Positions 1-7,739 of a DNA stretch of 39,931 bases are shown here, one piece after another. Source of the DNA: Acidobacteriota bacterium. Its GTDB lineage: Bacteria; Acidobacteriota; UBA6911; RPQK01; JADFOI01. The number at the start of each line of letters is the position of its first letter. Position 1 is the first letter of the stretch. The DNA is taken from positions 1 through 39,931 of the forward strand of contig JAUXKG010000001.1 in NCBI GenBank assembly GCA_030624355.1, in the 5' to 3' direction. Below the pieces are notes generated by a model. It was not told where the DNA came from. It made no database searches and was given only the letters and a program-made list of their open reading frames with translations. A program made the position numbers and the translations under genes.

Positions 1-876
1 ACCCACCCCGCAGTTCTCCTCCAACTCGACGAAATCGGCAAGATGCTGGCGACAACAACCGCTCAAGGTTCCGCTCACATGCGAAACGTGCCCGTCGTCC
101 TGATGAAGATCTACTCCGGGAGCGGCGGACTGATGAAGCTCGGCGGCTACGTCGACCCGAAACGCAACTTCGAGGTAAACCAGCCACATCTTACCGTGTT
201 CGGAACGACAGTCGTCGAGTCACTGGCCAATGCCCTGACGCCAGAGCAACTTACCGACGGCTTCATTTCCCGGCTCCTCTTCTTCATGACCGACGCGCGG
301 CCGGATCACGTCGAGCCGGTGCACCGCAAGCTCGCAGCGTCAATCCTCGATGAAGTCACCCTCTGGCGACAGTTCTACGAGGACCGGGGGAACCTCATGC
401 CAGAGAATCCAGAGCCTCGAGCCCTCACCTACAAAGGCGATGCTGCATCGGTTCTGCGTGAATACCGCAAATCCTGCGATCGGAACACCGATCACCCGCA
501 AATGTGGGGCCGAAACTACGAAAAGGCGAAAAAGCTCGCCATGGACTACCAATCCAGCGAAAACGGGCCTGGAGTGCAAGAAATCGGCACAAAAGCGGTC
601 GAATGGGGGATTGAGGTGGCCGATTGGAGTACCATGAAGCTCCTAAGTATGTCTGAGGACTACGTTTCCGAGGACGCTCGGGAGCAGTTCTTCAACAAGA
701 TCGAACGATGGTGCCGGGAAAAGGGCACTTTCACCAAGGGCGACTTCACCAGACGGTGGCGGAAGAGGCCATCCCGTGAGCGGGACGAGATCCTCACCGA
801 GCTTACCACTTCTGGTCACCTGGGGAAGAGAGTGGTAGGTGGATCAGCCCCCGAATACTGGTGGAGAGGTGGATGA
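1..876 (+). CDS. DUF3987-like P-loop replication protein (primase/helicase-associated), C-terminal part; 5' end lies outside the window
   Basis: Frame 1 is open from base 1 (THPAVLLQLDEIGK precedes the listed Met at 43). LLQLDE looks like a Walker-B motif. HLTVFGTT...LTDGFISRLLFF matches my recollection of the DUF3987 pattern (G..qP...dGFl.RfLf). Stop at 874-876. Confidence 0.6.
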   Translation, partial: THPAVLLQLDEIGKMLATTTAQGSAHMRNVPVVLMKIYSGSGGLMKLGGYVDPKRNFEVNQPHLTVFGTTVVESLANALTPEQLTDGFISRLLFFMTDARPDHVEPVHRKLAASILDEVTLWRQFYEDRGNLMPENPEPRALTYKGDAASVLREYRKSCDRNTDHPQMWGRNYEKAKKLAMDYQSSENGPGVQEIGTKAVEWGIEVADWSTMKLLSMSEDYVSEDAREQFFNKIERWCREKGTFTKGDFTRRWRKRPSRERDEILTELTTSGHLGKRVVGGSAPEYWWRGG

Positions 877-1031
877 AAGTGGTAGATCGTCCACCCCCCT
901 GTGGTAGGCTGGATTTGTCATAAGTCCAATGAATCGCTGGCTCTCTTCTGTATACCTACCACATCGTAGTAGTAATGTATGTATGTATGTATGTATGATG
1001 CGCGTGACGTATACGCGCGAGGTGGTAGGTG
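832..1031. repeat. Iteron cluster (GTGGTAGG and variants, direct and inverted); probable replication-origin core
   Basis: GTGGTAGG at 832-839, 901-908 and 1022-1029; GTGGTAGA at 879-886; inverted CCTACCAC at 955-962; degenerate GTGGAGAGGTGGAT at 861-874. Confidence 0.5.
966..997. repeat. Simple-sequence tract (GTA)3(ATGT)5ATG
   Basis: Read directly: gtagtagta atgtatgtatgtatgtatgt atg. It lies inside ORF-free DNA between iteron copies. Confidence 0.9.
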
Positions 1032-1539
1032 TAATGTATTGTTACGGGATACCTGGTGACTTGGTCCGGGGCGTCAGGAGGTATGGGGCTGAATGGACCC
1101 CGGCCTCGCGTGGGCGATAGGGGCCTGGCCCCAGCAGGGCCAGGCTCTCGCGCGCAGAACGTCGCGCACATCCGTACTCCCAGCTATCCACTTCACTCAT
1201 AAGTGAAGTAGATAGTAGCACTTGCAACGTAGTCGAGCAGCTTGACAGAGTCAAGCCAATCGGGGTGAGGTGCGCCGTGCATGCACGTGCAATACGCGCA
1301 TAGTTGCACTAACATTGACATAACATTGTACATAAGCTACGCTTAAGACAACCTTACAGTTTAGGGTGAAGTTAGGGTGCTGTTGGCCTGGCGTTTGCGT
1401 GCGAGCCGCGTGCGTCAGAATCCCACGCACACACACTACGCCATCTGGACTTGACTACGTCAAGTCACTAACAGACAGCCGAGACAGCACTTCCAACTTG
1501 CTTCGCAAGTTGCGTGCGCGCACAGTGGACTTCGTCCAC
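1000..1539. promoter_or_regulatory. Array of at least 9 short perfect palindromes / hairpins in ORF-free DNA (function unknown)
   Basis: Stems: 1000-1005/1013-1018; 1123-1131/1137-1145; 1190-1197/1202-1209; 1240-1246/1250-1256; palindrome CGTGCATGCACG at 1276-1287; 1410-1415/1425-1430; 1448-1455/1459-1466; 1494-1501/1505-1512; 1525-1530/1534-1539. Several have 3-4 nt loops and share an ACTTG / CAAGT core. Confidence 0.5.
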
Positions 1540-1820
1540 CACATGCACGGCTCGCGCATGTACAATTGCCGAACGGTGTTAGGGAAAATGTCGTGTCAAA
1601 ACGGACACAGTTTTGGTCGCTCATTACGAACATCGACCTAAACCGAACATTCGACGAACCAGACCGTAAACCCTGACGGCACAGCGACTTACAACTACGA
1701 CCTCGGTAGTTGGCACAGCATTCGCAGCAGTGTCGACCGGTTGGTGACACAATCGGGTGGCTCAGACGAGTCGCCCATAACCTCAGTGTCGTAGTGATAC
1801 TACGGCGGAAAGGAGTCGTA

Positions 1821-2279
1821 ATGGCGAAGTCAAAGACTTCGAGTAATCCTTGGAAGGTCAAGGTCGGGTCGTACACCGACAACAAGACCAAAGTGGATCA
1901 TCCCACTTTGGGCTTCTTCAACAAGGAGCACCGCAATTTCCCCGAGAGTCGACCATTGACCTATGGTCGACTACGTTGGGAGGCCTTGCTGGCCATTGTC
2001 AGCGTAGCTGACAACCGCAAGAAGATCGAGAAATGGCTTGCTACACAAGCCAGGAACGAAGCCACGGCCCAAGTGGCTGCTAACAAGTCTGCAGAGCAGA
2101 CTGGTAAGTTCCCCACGGCCTCGCCAGCTATGCTTGGTGGCGCTCTGGACCCAGCTACGCTGGGCTTGATCGCTGCTCAAATGGGCCTCTCACTTGTCCC
2201 AAGTGACACAGTCCTCACTCAGCATGTCGACGCTGAAAGCGACGACGACGACGACGACGACGATACCGACAAGCTGTAA
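1821..2279 (+). CDS. Hypothetical early protein with poly-Asp acidic C-terminal tail
   Basis: ATG at 1821 lies 6 nt after AAGGAG (1809-1814), in frame with listed ORF 1710..2279. 152 aa ending DDDDDDDDTDKL, encoded by (GAC)7GAT at 2241-2264. A hairpin follows. Confidence 0.65.
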   Translation: MAKSKTSSNPWKVKVGSYTDNKTKVDHPTLGFFNKEHRNFPESRPLTYGRLRWEALLAIVSVADNRKKIEKWLATQARNEATAQVAANKSAEQTGKFPTASPAMLGGALDPATLGLIAAQMGLSLVPSDTVLTQHVDAESDDDDDDDDTDKL

Positions 2280-2296
2280 GTGACAGCTTGTTCACG

Positions 2297-2322
2297 CCCT
2301 ACTGGCTTGACAGCCAGTAGGG
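2297..2322 (+). terminator. Terminator-like hairpin after the poly-Asp protein gene
   Basis: CCCTACTGGCT (2297-2307) pairs with AGCCAGTAGGG (2312-2322): 11-bp stem, 4-nt loop. No U-tract follows, so intrinsic-terminator function is uncertain. Confidence 0.4.
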
Positions 2323-2348
2323 CCTAACCCCTTGATTGGAGTATAGTT

Positions 2349-2546
2349 ATGGTCACCGAATCACAAACAACTGACTTCACTCTTCAGGTTGGCAACCTGA
2401 AGATTGAACTGGCCAAGACCCTTAACCACTTGCGACTTCTGGACTTACCTGAAGACCAGAAGGAAGTATACATGGCTTCCTTGGCCCAGTTTGCTCTCGG
2501 TACGCTCGACGAACTCCTCGACTTCGTCGAGGAAGAGACAGGCTAA
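2349..2546 (+). CDS. Hypothetical small acidic protein (65 aa)
   Basis: Listed ORF. TGGAG lies about 8 nt upstream of the ATG. First ORF after the 2297-2322 hairpin. Confidence 0.45.
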   Translation: MVTESQTTDFTLQVGNLKIELAKTLNHLRLLDLPEDQKEVYMASLAQFALGTLDELLDFVEEETG

Positions 2547-2685
2547 ACCAGTGGGTCTCACTTCCCCTCTCGTGGTCCCGTCACTTCCAGGTAGTCTACC
2601 TACCCGGAAGTGGCTCGAGGCCGCTCCTGGAGCCGCTGACCGTGCTCCTGGCAATTCTGAACCTATCCAGCACTGGAGAGTCCGC

Positions 2686-3015
2686 ATGGTTGCAAGAATC
2701 AACCTGTCGCTGGACGAGCAACTCAGAGACCATATGCGAGCCTTTGACGGGCTCGTCAACTGGTCAGCGATAGCAACAACTGCATTCGAGCAAACAATTT
2801 ACGGGAAGATTCCAATGGAGACCGGAATCATGGACAGGAACGAGATCGCACTGGCTTGCTTAGTTGCCATGGTCGAGAGCCTACCTGGTGACAAGGACAA
2901 CAAAGTGAGGGCAGCATTTGACTATGCTGATATGTTTATGAGAGAGGCGTTGCTTCGAGATCAATCACGTGATACTGATACCCTACAATCCTTTGACGGG
3001 GAGGAGACGAAATGA
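2686..3015 (+). CDS. Ribbon-helix-helix (CopG/Arc-like) domain protein, putative
   Basis: Internal ATG of listed ORF 2404..3015, preceded by TGGAGAG. The N-terminus MVARINLSLDEQLRDHMRAF fits the strand-helix start of RHH proteins (recall-based). The upstream part of the listed ORF is Pro/Ser-rich and overlaps hairpins, so I treat it as non-coding. Confidence 0.5.
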   Translation: MVARINLSLDEQLRDHMRAFDGLVNWSAIATTAFEQTIYGKIPMETGIMDRNEIALACLVAMVESLPGDKDNKVRAAFDYADMFMREALLRDQSRDTDTLQSFDGEETK

Positions 3016-3197
3016 AATGGGAAGTGTTCAACACTCACACTGCGGAGACTGTTTGCCACGTGCCGTTCAGATGGTTGGCAAGGTTGCTATGCAAGGCCGA
3101 CAAGACGTGGGACTATGACGACAAAAAGACGTTGAGTTTTTACGATAAAGATGCTCTGCGTCGTGAAATTGCTACATGGAGGAAAGATTGTGACTGA
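3012..3197 (+). CDS. Hypothetical protein (61 aa)
   Basis: Listed ORF. ATGA start/stop overlap with the preceding gene. Confidence 0.5.
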   Translation: MKWEVFNTHTAETVCHVPFRWLARLLCKADKTWDYDDKKTLSFYDKDALRREIATWRKDCD

Positions 3198-3510
3198 TTT
3201 TAAGTTTGACGTCGGACAGTTTGTTATGCTCAAGGTTGACGAAAACCCATTGGGTGAGGATCGTCATTCTGCCTACCACATAATCGAACGGCATTTGCAG
3301 GAGTGTCCAGCGGGCAACCAGGTTTGGTATACCTGTCGAGGACATCACCGCAAGTACAAGGAGCGTGTAGTTACTCTCCAGCTTGTCAAGTTCAACGAAA
3401 TTGAGCTTGAGGAATGCAAGCCAGTTGAGCAGAAAGATCTCAACCTGAAGCAAAAGGTAGTTGAACTTCTTGACCAGATTGCAAAAGGGGAGGAAAAGCC
3501 TATGGAATGA
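3190..3510 (+). CDS. Hypothetical protein (106 aa)
   Basis: GTG at 3190 lies 6 nt after GGAGGA (3178-3183). The listed start at 3151 lies deep inside the previous gene. Confidence 0.55.
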   Translation: MTDFKFDVGQFVMLKVDENPLGEDRHSAYHIIERHLQECPAGNQVWYTCRGHHRKYKERVVTLQLVKFNEIELEECKPVEQKDLNLKQKVVELLDQIAKGEEKPME

Positions 3511-4232
3511 AATCCGATAACCAGGTCAAGCCCACTGATCGTTGTCAAAGAGAGGGGATCAGTGGGCATTTGTTTTGTTGGGTTGGACTACACATAGGAG
3601 AGACTGTGGCAACGAAAACTGATTGCAGGAATGCGATCATCAATGCCTACGGTAGTCTGGAGCGTAATGAGTTGATGGATGCGGAGTCATTCATCGACGA
3701 CGCTCACAAAGGACTGAAATGTGGGCTCGAAGCAGGTGGTTTCGACGAAGAGGAAACCCCTACTCTGACTCGTGTCAAGTTTCGAGACTGGTGGACTGTC
3801 CGCCATCTGAATCCAGTCAGGTGGTTCAATCGGACTGATTGTCCGAGCGAGCCACATACCATTGTCGAACCAAAGAGGAGAGTGACCGTGAAGAAGCTGA
3901 TTGCGATCATGGCAGTGTCTGCTGTTGTTGGTGTCTCGAGCAACTACCTCAGTGGTGACTTTGGCGGACCGGCCGACGTGAGTCGTGGCCAGTTCACCCA
4001 AGTCCAGGTGTGTGATGGCTGCAAGGTTCTCCGCAATGGTGGCGATCTCTGCCCCAACTGTGGAGCAACTGAGTCAGCCGAGAAGATCGCTGCCCCACTC
4101 AACTGGCAGCTGTTTGGAGTTGGCCCGGTACACCAACAGGGTTGGCAATTCAAGGACGGGTCGACCAACTTCTTTAGTGATGGACAGTACGTTGTCCCCG
4201 AGTTGATTGTCTCGAAGACAAAACGTATGTAG
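3507..4232 (+). CDS. Hypothetical protein with central hydrophobic segment and C-terminal CxxC-x9-CxxC zinc-ribbon motif
   Basis: ATGA overlap with the upstream stop. LIAIMAVSAVVGV is a hydrophobic stretch. VCDGCKVLRNGGDLCPNCG carries the Cys motif. Confidence 0.65.
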   Translation: MKSDNQVKPTDRCQREGISGHLFCWVGLHIGETVATKTDCRNAIINAYGSLERNELMDAESFIDDAHKGLKCGLEAGGFDEEETPTLTRVKFRDWWTVRHLNPVRWFNRTDCPSEPHTIVEPKRRVTVKKLIAIMAVSAVVGVSSNYLSGDFGGPADVSRGQFTQVQVCDGCKVLRNGGDLCPNCGATESAEKIAAPLNWQLFGVGPVHQQGWQFKDGSTNFFSDGQYVVPELIVSKTKRM

Positions 4233-4242
4233 TCTCATTTCG

Positions 4243-4270
4243 GGGGTCAGCCAGTGCAGTGGCTGGCCCC
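4243..4270 (+). terminator. Terminator-like GC-rich hairpin
   Basis: GGGGTCAGCCA (4243-4253) pairs with TGGCTGGCCCC (4260-4270), 11 bp including one G-T pair, 10 nt after the stop at 4232. No U-tract. Confidence 0.4.
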
Positions 4271-4386
4271 ACTTATACGGAGTCAGTTACTATGGGGTCA
4301 CATACCACACTCCACTAAGCAGCCTGCCAAGGTCCACCAACCCAAGCACCTGCCAGGTGTGTGGCCCCACTACATAGGAGAGAACC

Positions 4387-4677
4387 ATGCACGGGATGAC
4401 TTTGAATCGTGGCATCAAACAAATCGAGGATCTACCCGATGGCGAGTGTCTGATGCTGATACTGTGTCGTCATCTGGGTGACGAGGAGTTCAAGTATGAC
4501 CCAAAGGACAAGAAGTCCCTTGAACGAGCCCAGAAGAAACTTGAGTCCGCTACTGGGGGAACTCGACGTATGCTACCCATTGCAGTCGGTGGTCCCAGGA
4601 CAGCTCCAGAACGAGTTAGTAAGCTCGACCCAGCAGCAAAGGGTCATGTTCTCACCACTCCCATTAGTGGCGGTTAA
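4387..4677 (+). CDS. Hypothetical protein (96 aa)
   Basis: Listed ORF. AGGAGAG (4377-4383) lies just upstream of the ATG. Confidence 0.5.
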   Translation: MHGMTLNRGIKQIEDLPDGECLMLILCRHLGDEEFKYDPKDKKSLERAQKKLESATGGTRRMLPIAVGGPRTAPERVSKLDPAAKGHVLTTPISGG

Positions 4678-4789
4678 CGGGCTCACAACCCTCACGACGA
4701 CGTCAGCAGTCAATAATTTCAACTTTCAATTCCAGGCGGCACACGTGGAGAATTGCGACTGTCAAGAGTGTTGTTTGAGGAGAGAGCAA

Positions 4790-5290
4790 ATGGCGGACCC
4801 AGAGATGGGTGACTACAAGCCAGCACCAACTGACTGGCATGGTCAAATGATGCGCCGTCGTCGAGGACGAAAGCTACTACTCTCGATGATGGATGTCTAC
4901 GACCGACTGGAGTGGTTCGAGCACAAAGTTGTGAGGCTCCAGTATCCAAGTCGAAGTGCAACAGGCTCAGAGTATGGAGGGAGGACACTACTACTCACAC
5001 CCAATAGTCATTATGAATTCTATCATGGTGAGATCAGGTGCAAACGAAACATCTATCTCTGTACAAGTGGCAGGGTAAGTGACTGGTCACTCGAGGACAG
5101 ATACCTTGCGCTGATCTTCAATTTCCAGGCTGACGTCTACCACTTCATGGCAGTAGGTTGCCGTGACACCATGTACGTCGGCGAGAGACCTGAAGTAGAA
5201 AGGATACATGCCTATGGATTTGAAATAAGGAAACGTGCAGTGGCTGAAGCTAAGAAGAGATTGCGCGCTGAAGCCAAAGCCAACAACTGA
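4790..5290 (+). CDS. Hypothetical protein (166 aa; start uncertain, alternatives 4646 or 4478)
   Basis: ATG at 4790 is preceded by GAGGAGAG (4778-4785). The frame stays open upstream to 4478 and overlaps the 4387..4677 ORF by 200 nt. Confidence 0.5.
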   Translation: MADPEMGDYKPAPTDWHGQMMRRRRGRKLLLSMMDVYDRLEWFEHKVVRLQYPSRSATGSEYGGRTLLLTPNSHYEFYHGEIRCKRNIYLCTSGRVSDWSLEDRYLALIFNFQADVYHFMAVGCRDTMYVGERPEVERIHAYGFEIRKRAVAEAKKRLRAEAKANN

Positions 5291-5302
5291 CCATTCCACT
5301 TC

Positions 5303-5352
5303 GACCCGCCGGCCACATTGCCATCCTATCTACACTTTCCGGTCGGCGGGTC
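5303..5352 (+). terminator. Hairpin after the 4790..5290 gene
   Basis: GACCCGCCGGCC (5303-5314) pairs with GGTCGGCGGGTC (5341-5352): 12 bp with one G-T pair and a 26-nt loop. No clear U-tract. Confidence 0.3.
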
Positions 5353-5538
5353 ACTTAGTTGTTGGGGGAGAGAAGGAAGGAGGAGAACTGTCTGAGTTGG
5401 TGGTGTTCGTGGTTATAGCGGTATTACTTATCATTTTCGGCTGGGACGAACTGTTTCCACGCCACTAAGGAGGGGAGTTTATCTCTCCTCGGGGTGGGGG
5501 GCAACGTGCCCCCTGCCCCATTTCATAGGAGTTTACAA

Positions 5539-5835
5539 ATGGCATCACTTTACAAGGGAGAATACCTCGACGTCTCCACACTCTACATTGGTCAGAAGAT
5601 CGAGGACGGATTCAAACTACTTCGAGATCAGCTATCTGTCCAGGACAATGGCGAACAACTGAGTCAAATTGCCAGGACGCTCAGCGATATGCGAATTGGA
5701 TTGATTGAAGGCAACACTCGAACAGTCCATCAAATAGAGTGTGTTGTAGCACGACTCACGACCGCAAACCGCTACCTGAAATCACTTGGGGCAGGTCCGA
5801 TTATACCGGACCCAGCCACTAAGGAGTCAGCATGA
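5539..5835 (+). CDS. Hypothetical protein (98 aa)
   Basis: Internal ATG of listed ORF 5494..5835, preceded by TAGGAG. The upstream part overlaps the G-rich hairpin GGGGGCA-ACG-TGCCCCC (5497-5513). Confidence 0.55.
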   Translation: MASLYKGEYLDVSTLYIGQKIEDGFKLLRDQLSVQDNGEQLSQIARTLSDMRIGLIEGNTRTVHQIECVVARLTTANRYLKSLGAGPIIPDPATKESA

Positions 5836-6344
5836 GTAAAGTCGACGACCTCGAGGCTGTGGTCGGTGCAGTTGAGAGACTGTTCCGACTGATTGAGAAA
5901 GAAAATGGGCAAGTGGTGATGGATGGTGAGCACTTCAAAGTGACCACCCTACCAACAAGAGGTTTGCCGGCGCCTCGCAAGAAGAAAGGGGAAGTGAAGA
6001 AAGCAAGAAGACCACGAGGACACGGCAAGCAAATAATGAACACTGCTACGAACCCAAACATATGGCCATTTGAGCGAGGGAGGAAGTACAACAACAATCC
6101 AGTATCAGAAAAAGTGCAGGCAATTGTGAAGGGGTATCTCGAGTCCAACCGGCAAGCCACGAGGGGGGAATTATACAAGCTTGTTCCAACCAAAGTCGGT
6201 TCCAAGGCGAAGGAAAAGGATACTAAGGGTCGAGCACATTGGGACAATTGTTTGGGATCGCTGTTGCGTAACTATTCGCGTGCCGGGTATCTCGTCCGGT
6301 ACAAAGGCGACAATGGAGTAGAGACCTACAAATTGGGAAGGTAG
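5832..6344 (+). CDS. Hypothetical basic protein (170 aa)
   Basis: ATGA overlap with the upstream stop. Lys/Arg-rich centre PRKKKGEVKKARRPRGHGK. Confidence 0.6.
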   Translation: MSKVDDLEAVVGAVERLFRLIEKENGQVVMDGEHFKVTTLPTRGLPAPRKKKGEVKKARRPRGHGKQIMNTATNPNIWPFERGRKYNNNPVSEKVQAIVKGYLESNRQATRGELYKLVPTKVGSKAKEKDTKGRAHWDNCLGSLLRNYSRAGYLVRYKGDNGVETYKLGR

Positions 6345-6356
6345 GGTAAGTGGATC

Positions 6357-6725
6357 ATGGACCCAACGAGATTGAAGCTATTCAAGAAGACCAAGTACTG
6401 GCAGGAAATGAACATGATTGTTCAGCACTGCATGACAATTGCAACGAGGAAAGGTCTGAACATAACTCAGCTGGCAAGAGAATGTGACTTAGCACCGAAC
6501 ACAATTGTCAGGAATTCCAATGAGTTAGTCGGTCTCCGCCAGGAATTGACTCTCTGGAAACTATGTGCAGCTGTTGGGCTGCAATTGGGAAGGGCCAGTA
6601 GGCCAAATGGGACAGTAGTAGAACGTGACATGGAGGGGATACGCAAAGCACTCAATCGAAAACCAGCCAAGTCACTCACAAGAAACAAGAAGCATAGGGG
6701 CAGGAAGAGGAAACGCAATCGATGA
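6357..6725 (+). CDS. Putative helix-turn-helix DNA-binding protein with basic C-terminal tail
   Basis: LNITQLARECDLAPNTIVRNSN resembles an HTH. The C-terminus is NKKHRGRKRKRNR. Confidence 0.6.
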   Translation: MDPTRLKLFKKTKYWQEMNMIVQHCMTIATRKGLNITQLARECDLAPNTIVRNSNELVGLRQELTLWKLCAAVGLQLGRASRPNGTVVERDMEGIRKALNRKPAKSLTRNKKHRGRKRKRNR

Positions 6726-7096
6726 GTGCTCTCAGATATACCAGTGACTTGAGTGATCTGGTAGATGGAGCACTCCAGGTGGTGAACATGGTGCAATTGT
6801 TTGCTCATCAAGAGAGACTATCGCCGAAACTCAAGTACGAAATTGCTCGTAACTCAATGATGCTTGTAGTCTTCATGGAGGCTCAAGAACTTAAGTCAAA
6901 GGGAGGAAGAGAGAACTTCCTGACTCGATGGGCGAAAAGAATTTCTGACTTCAAGTCATACCAGGCGTACATAGACTACGTGAAATCGTCCACGGGTTAT
7001 AGCGACGTCGAGAAGTTCAGGTCTGTCTTAGAGCAATTGATTAAGAAGTACCGGGAGGACACTAAGAGTGAAGACGACGCGCCATCGTCGAACTGA
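6722..7096 (+). CDS. Hypothetical protein (124 aa)
   Basis: Listed ORF. ATGA overlap with the upstream stop. Confidence 0.6.
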   Translation: MSALRYTSDLSDLVDGALQVVNMVQLFAHQERLSPKLKYEIARNSMMLVVFMEAQELKSKGGRENFLTRWAKRISDFKSYQAYIDYVKSSTGYSDVEKFRSVLEQLIKKYREDTKSEDDAPSSN

Positions 7097-7361
7097 TTGT
7101 CCCGGTTGTGGAACCAAGTTGGATGCTTCGACTTGCATGCACGTATCCGATAGGGGGCAGGCAGCTGGAGAATCCGAGCCGGCCCCAGGTGACTACTCTA
7201 TTTGTGTCCGTTGCGCTCAACCAATGAAGTACTCGAAGGGATTGAAGTTGAAAGCAGTTGGTACTCGGCACCTGGCCAAGTTGTATCAGAAGAACAGACC
7301 ACTTGCGCTGATTGTTGAGAACCTAAGGATTGCAATTGAACACCAGAATAAGGAGTGGTAG
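7068..7361 (+). CDS. Small Cys-motif (zinc-ribbon-like) protein
   Basis: GTG start overlapping the previous gene by 29 nt. CPGCG ... CVRC motif pair. Confidence 0.45.
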   Translation: MKTTRHRRTDCPGCGTKLDASTCMHVSDRGQAAGESEPAPGDYSICVRCAQPMKYSKGLKLKAVGTRHLAKLYQKNRPLALIVENLRIAIEHQNKEW

Positions 7362-7651
7362 TGATCAAAAAAGTCGTCGTCAGTCCACACCTTGCGGTTG
7401 TTTATGACTTCAGTTTCGACATTAGTTCTGAACAACAGGAGAAAATAGATGATTACCTTGTTCGACGTAATTGGCAAGGTTTGCGTTCAGACACCAACTA
7501 CACTCTTTGGATTGACAGGGACGTCCGAAAGTACGAAGGCAAACCGATTTGCATTGGAGTCTGTGGTAGGGCGGCAGATGAATTGTTCGATGGGTGCGAC
7601 GTTGTCAGGTTCCACATAGTTTGGTTCAAAGAGTGGGAGGAAGGAGATTGA
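7355..7651 (+). CDS. Hypothetical protein (98 aa)
   Basis: GTG start just after AAGGAG (7350-7355 region), overlapping the upstream stop. Confidence 0.5.
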   Translation: MVVIKKVVVSPHLAVVYDFSFDISSEQQEKIDDYLVRRNWQGLRSDTNYTLWIDRDVRKYEGKPICIGVCGRAADELFDGCDVVRFHIVWFKEWEEGD

Positions 7652-7652
7652 A

Positions 7653-7739
7653 ATGTGGTGGTCAATTGTAATTTTCTACTCGGGGTTCATATGTGGTTGG
7701 GCGATATGTGCTCTAATGACAATGGCAAGTGATCGATGA
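7653..7739 (+). CDS. Micro-ORF encoding a 28-aa hydrophobic peptide (not in ORF track)
   Basis: ATG at 7653 lies 6 nt after AAGGAG (7641-7646). Translation is MWWSIVIFYSGFICGWAICALMTMASDR. Its TGA overlaps the next ATG (ATGA at 7736-7739), so it exactly fills the gap. Confidence 0.35.
   Translation: MWWSIVIFYSGFICGWAICALMTMASDR

Noticed and set aside
1120-1132. GGGGCCTGGCCCC (1120-1132), which resembles GGGGCCTGGACCCC in the int terminator (37138-37151): a possible dispersed repeat or att core
   Set aside because: It is only a 13/14-nt GC-rich match inside two independent hairpins. That is too short to distinguish from chance without a search.
929-1891. Listed ORFs 929..1120(+), 956..1171(-), 1042..1254(-), 1251..1436(-), 1366..1641(+) and 1460..1891(-) in the long gap
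   Set aside because: Their Cys/Arg/His-rich compositions are implausible, and they have no RBS. They are mutually overlapping on both strands and run through palindromes and the ATGT microsatellite. I treat the region as non-coding.
5382-5468. Possible tiny membrane peptide (VVFVVIAVLLIIFGWDELFPRH) after GGAGGAG at 5382-5388
   Set aside because: There is no ATG. It would need a TTG or GTG start 11-14 nt from the SD, and it lies between two terminator-like hairpins. Too speculative to call.
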